Positions 59,033-64,000 of a stretch of 64,000 bases of DNA are shown here, piece by piece. The first letter of the stretch is position 1; each line of letters opens with the position of its first letter. The position numbers and the translations under genes were made by a program. Source of the stretch: Bacillota bacterium (GTDB lineage Bacteria > Bacillota > Clostridia > Ch29); assembly GCA_028686075.1 (NCBI GenBank), contig JAQUCT010000001.1, positions 9,953-73,952 of the forward strand, in the 5' to 3' direction. The notes below the pieces were generated by a model. It saw only the letters and a list, made by a program, of their open reading frames with translations, was not told where the DNA came from and made no database searches.

Positions 59033-60136
59033 ATGAAACTTATTTGTACCAGAGATGAATTACTGGAAGGAATACTTATAGCTCAAAAAGCGGTACCCAC
59101 AAGGACCACCCTTCCAATACTTCAGGGTATACTGCTGGACTGCAGGGACGAATCCCTGAATTTGCGGGCTACAGACCTTGAGATAGGAATAGAGTGCAGT
59201 GTTAATGCCGAGATAGTGGACAGGGGCTGGCTTGTGCTTGATTCAAGGCTTTTGGGGGAGATTGTAAGGAAACTTCCTCCCGAGGACGTTGAAATATCCG
59301 TGGCCGAGGGCAATATAACCGAGATTAAGTGTGCAAACTCTTTTTTTCGTCTGCAGGGACAAAGCGGTGAAGAGTTTCCGCAGCTGCCGCAGGTGGACGG
59401 TGAAAGAAGCCTTACTATGCCCCAGGACCTGCTAAAGAGTGTAATAAGACAGGTGGTTTTTGCCTGCGCTGTGGAGGAAACAAGGCCAATACTGACGGGT
59501 GCGCTGGTGGAATGCAGATCGGAAGATATGGTCATGGCCGCCCTTGACGGATTCAGGCTTGCGGTAAGAAACGTAAAGCTCGAAGGTGTCCGGGAGGATA
59601 TCTGTGCGGTTGTACCTGCCAAGGCCTTAAATGAGATACAAAGGATTTTGAAGGATACTCAGGAGGAGGTTCACATCAAGCTGGCCGGTAACCATATTCT
59701 GTTTGGCATGGAAAGGACAAGGGTCATTTCAAGGCTTTTGGAGGGCGATTTTATAAACTATAAGCAGATTATTCCGGAGGAATACGGTACCCGTATACGG
59801 CTTAAAAATGAAGAACTGCTTGAGAGCTGTGAAAGGGCTTCTTTGCTGGCCAGGGAAGGCAGTAATAATCTTATTAAGTTAAACATAACAAAGAATCAGC
59901 TGGAGATTACTTCAAACGCTGAAATTGGGGATGTGCGGGAGGAAATTTTATCAGAAACCGAGGGACAGGATTTAGAGATTGCATTTAATTCCAAGTACCT
60001 TACCGATGTTTTGAAGGTAATAGAGGATGAATATTTACGGATTGAATTTACAACCAGTATAAGCCCATGCATAATTAAACCTGAGGGCAGTGAAGACTAT
60101 ACCTATCTGTTGCTGCCGGTAAGGGTTATATCCTAA
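59033..60136 (+). CDS. dnaN: DNA polymerase III beta sliding clamp DnaN
   Basis: MKLICTRDELLEGIL... three-domain clamp; ATG 59033 follows GGAGG. The ORF-track extension back to 58916 reads through the DUE. Confidence 0.93.
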   Translation: MKLICTRDELLEGILIAQKAVPTRTTLPILQGILLDCRDESLNLRATDLEIGIECSVNAEIVDRGWLVLDSRLLGEIVRKLPPEDVEISVAEGNITEIKCANSFFRLQGQSGEEFPQLPQVDGERSLTMPQDLLKSVIRQVVFACAVEETRPILTGALVECRSEDMVMAALDGFRLAVRNVKLEGVREDICAVVPAKALNEIQRILKDTQEEVHIKLAGNHILFGMERTRVISRLLEGDFINYKQIIPEEYGTRIRLKNEELLESCERASLLAREGSNNLIKLNITKNQLEITSNAEIGDVREEILSETEGQDLEIAFNSKYLTDVLKVIEDEYLRIEFTTSISPCIIKPEGSEDYTYLLLPVRVIS

Positions 60137-60178
60137 AATAAGCGACAGTGAAATGGATGGTATGCGGGAGATGGTGAT

Positions 60179-60397
60179 GTGGAAAAACTACTTATAAAAG
60201 GGGACTATATAACCCTCGGCCAACTTCTCAAACTGTCTGGTATCGTCCAAACGGGCGGCCAGGCAAAATTTATGATTGCGGACGGAAGGGTTAGGATAAA
60301 TGGCCGTCTAGTCCTTCAAAGGGGTAAAAAGGTTTACCCCGGGGATATAGTGGGTTTAGACGGTAGCGACGTCATGGAAGTGAAGTCCGGGGAGTAG
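60179..60397 (+). CDS. yaaA: S4-domain RNA-binding protein YaaA
   Basis: 72 aa S4 fold (…GQLLKLSGIVQTGGQAKFMIADGRVRINGR…), GTG start with GGGAG RBS; conserved between dnaN and recF. Confidence 0.8.
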   Translation: MEKLLIKGDYITLGQLLKLSGIVQTGGQAKFMIADGRVRINGRLVLQRGKKVYPGDIVGLDGSDVMEVKSGE

Positions 60398-60436
60398 GGG
60401 TAAAAAACCGATGATTGCCTGATTGGAGTGGATGGG

Positions 60437-61549
60437 TTGTACCTTAGGGAACTCAAGTTAAAAAATTTCAGAAATTATAAGGAACAGGCCCTTAATCCTT
60501 CACGGGGATTTAATCTTCTTTTGGGCAACAACGCCCAGGGCAAAACAAACCTTATTGAAGCTATATACCTGCTTTCGTCGGGAAGGTCCTACAGAACACC
60601 AGTAGACAGCGAACTTTTAAGATGGGGTGCCGATACCCTTTATATAAAGGGTGCTGTGGTGGAAGAGGGCGGAGAAAAGTCCATAGAGATAGGCATAAGG
60701 GGGAGCAATAAGAGAGTAAAAGTTAATGGTGTTCAGCTTAGCAAAAGGGGTGAACTTTTCGGGAAGCTTACGACGGTTATTTTTTCCCCCGATGAACTCA
60801 AACTGGTCAAAGAAGGGCCAAACTACAGAAGGAAGTTTATGGACCAGGAAATTATTCAGATAAAACCTGCTTACTACTATGTTTTGACCGGTTACAACAA
60901 GGTATTGTCCCAGAGAAATTCACTGCTTAAGGATTCCATGAAGGGAAGAGCTAATATCGATACTCTTGAGGTATGGGACAAACAATTGACCGAATATGGT
61001 GTACGGCTTATCTATGACAGACAAAGATTTATAAAAAGGCTTTCGGGGTTTGCCAAACAAATGCACAGCAAGATAACCAACGGTCAAGAGGACCTTGAGG
61101 TAACATACCAGTGTTGTGTAGGACCCAAGGAAGAGGAAAGCCTTTCGGACATCAGATCCCGGTTCGGGAAAAGGCTCCAAAGCTTTAGGGGCAGGGACTT
61201 TAAAACGGGAGTAACTAATTTTGGTCCCCACAGAGAGGACCTGAGCGTCAATGTAAACGGTATTGATGTCAGAAAATACGGGTCCCAGGGGCAACAGAGA
61301 ACGGCAGCCTTGTCCATGAAACTTTCAGAGATAGAACTCGTTAAGTCGGAGACCGGCGAATATCCCGTGCTGCTTTTGGACGACGTTATGTCTGAACTTG
61401 ACCTTTTAAGGCAAGAATACATACTGGGAAACCTGGCCCGGGTGCAGACTTTCATCACTTGTACTCACCTTACCGGGGTCATGAAAAAAAGGTGTGACAA
61501 AGGTAAGGTTTTTAATGTGAATAGTGGTATAATAACTACGGAGGGCTAG
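60437..61549 (+). CDS. recF: DNA replication and repair protein RecF
   Basis: Walker A GNNAQGKTNL, signature motif (GSQGQQRT), Walker B (LLLDDV). TTG start at 60437 (MYLRELKLKNFRNY, matching the conserved RecF N-terminus) has a GGAG RBS; the ORF-track GTG at 60428 has none. Confidence 0.9.
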   Translation: MYLRELKLKNFRNYKEQALNPSRGFNLLLGNNAQGKTNLIEAIYLLSSGRSYRTPVDSELLRWGADTLYIKGAVVEEGGEKSIEIGIRGSNKRVKVNGVQLSKRGELFGKLTTVIFSPDELKLVKEGPNYRRKFMDQEIIQIKPAYYYVLTGYNKVLSQRNSLLKDSMKGRANIDTLEVWDKQLTEYGVRLIYDRQRFIKRLSGFAKQMHSKITNGQEDLEVTYQCCVGPKEEESLSDIRSRFGKRLQSFRGRDFKTGVTNFGPHREDLSVNVNGIDVRKYGSQGQQRTAALSMKLSEIELVKSETGEYPVLLLDDVMSELDLLRQEYILGNLARVQTFITCTHLTGVMKKRCDKGKVFNVNSGIITTEG

Positions 61550-61576
61550 CCGGCCCGTTGTCAGGAGGAGATAAAA

Positions 61577-61834
61577 ATGTTTTTACACTTGGGTAAAAAT
61601 GTTATAATACACCTCGGGGATGTAATAGCGGTAATAGACCTATGCTCAGTATCCGAAGCAAAGGATACCGGCGAGTTTATAAGAATAGCCGATGAGGAAG
61701 GTTTTGTAAGGAGAATAGGCAAAGACAAGCCCAAGTCGATGGTTATTTGCGAAAAGGCTGTTTATTTTTCCCCCATATCTTCATCAACTTTGAGCAGGAG
61801 AGCGAGCTTTATGCATAATATTTCTATGTTATAG
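61577..61834 (+). CDS. DUF370 family protein (YaaB/RemB-like)
   Basis: 85 aa; conserved position between recF and gyrB in Firmicutes. Confidence 0.7.
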   Translation: MFLHLGKNVIIHLGDVIAVIDLCSVSEAKDTGEFIRIADEEGFVRRIGKDKPKSMVICEKAVYFSPISSSTLSRRASFMHNISML

Positions 61835-61904
61835 CATTCATAAGTGCCGGCTCTGGGGATTCCTAGAGCCTTTTTTTAAAAAAAGAACTATACAATATAA
61901 TTAA

Positions 61905-63827
<1,923 letters not shown>

Positions 63828-63839
63828 GGGGGAAAGAAC

Positions 63840-64000
63840 ATGACAGAGGTAAAGGACAATATTGTCACGGTAGATATTCAGCAGGAAATGAAAAAATCCT
63901 ATATAGATTATGCCATGAGCGTTATAGTCAGCAGGGCACTTCCCGATGTAAGGGACGGTTTAAAGCCGGTGCACAGGAGGATACTGTATGCTATGAACGA
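63840..64000 (+). CDS. gyrA: DNA gyrase subunit A, N-terminal part (continues beyond the window)
   Basis: [53 protein letters not shown] is the canonical GyrA N-terminus; RBS AAGGGGGAAAG. Confidence 0.9.
   Translation, partial: MTEVKDNIVTVDIQQEMKKSYIDYAMSVIVSRALPDVRDGLKPVHRRILYAMN

Overview
This 64 kb window is the replication-origin region of a Firmicutes (Clostridia-like, probably sporulating) chromosome; the region 3.4-9.2 kb appears much more AT-rich than its flanks by eye. There is no CRISPR array and no IS, transposase or integrase gene anywhere in the window. The basis for the taxon call is the conserved origin-proximal synteny, most of it on the minus strand. At the right end the genes run rpmH-rnpA-yidD-yidC-jag-mnmE-mnmG-rsmG-noc-soj-spo0J on the minus strand. 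A bipartite oriC follows, with DnaA-box clusters on both sides of dnaA and an AT-rich unwinding element just before dnaN. After that come dnaA-dnaN-yaaA-recF-DUF370-gyrB-gyrA on the plus strand. The middle of the window carries the classic yyaC, ytvI-like, rpsF-ssb-rpsR, yybS-gdpP-rplI-lon-like-dnaB block. That block is followed by tRNA-Lys(CTT), dnaI, a DnaD-domain gene and several exported peptidases (M1, LysM-M23, subtilisin, CapA, MA-type). Next is a walR-walK-yycH-yycI-yycJ-htrA cell-wall two-component operon that unusually has murA and a small secreted protein embedded in it. The left end carries a dlt-like D-alanylation cluster (transglutaminase-like, dltA, dltC, MBOAT/dltB running off the window edge). 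The least ordinary content is as follows.

- **AT-rich island (about 3.4-9.2 kb).** It is inserted between the dlt-like cluster and htrA and encodes four genes: a MerR-HTH/zinc-ribbon fusion regulator, an SSS-family Na+/solute symporter, an ornithine-cyclodeaminase/mu-crystallin family enzyme, and a clear homologue of bacterial opine dehydrogenase. Together these look like a horizontally acquired opine-type (N-carboxyalkyl amino acid) metabolism module.
- **Two short intergenic repeat families.** Family 1 is a mosaic palindromic element present in three copies (22.0, 29.3 and 29.8 kb). One copy supplies the last codons and stop of the subtilisin gene, and two copies bracket a DUF1858 redox gene. 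Family 2 has 11-bp terminal inverted repeats and two copies (12.7 and 46.4 kb); one sits inside the wal operon between yycI and murA.

Other points worth noting are a perfect parS 16-mer immediately 3' of spo0J, a YedF/DUF3343 selenium-sulfur trafficking pair, and several GTG/TTG start-codon corrections to the ORF track.
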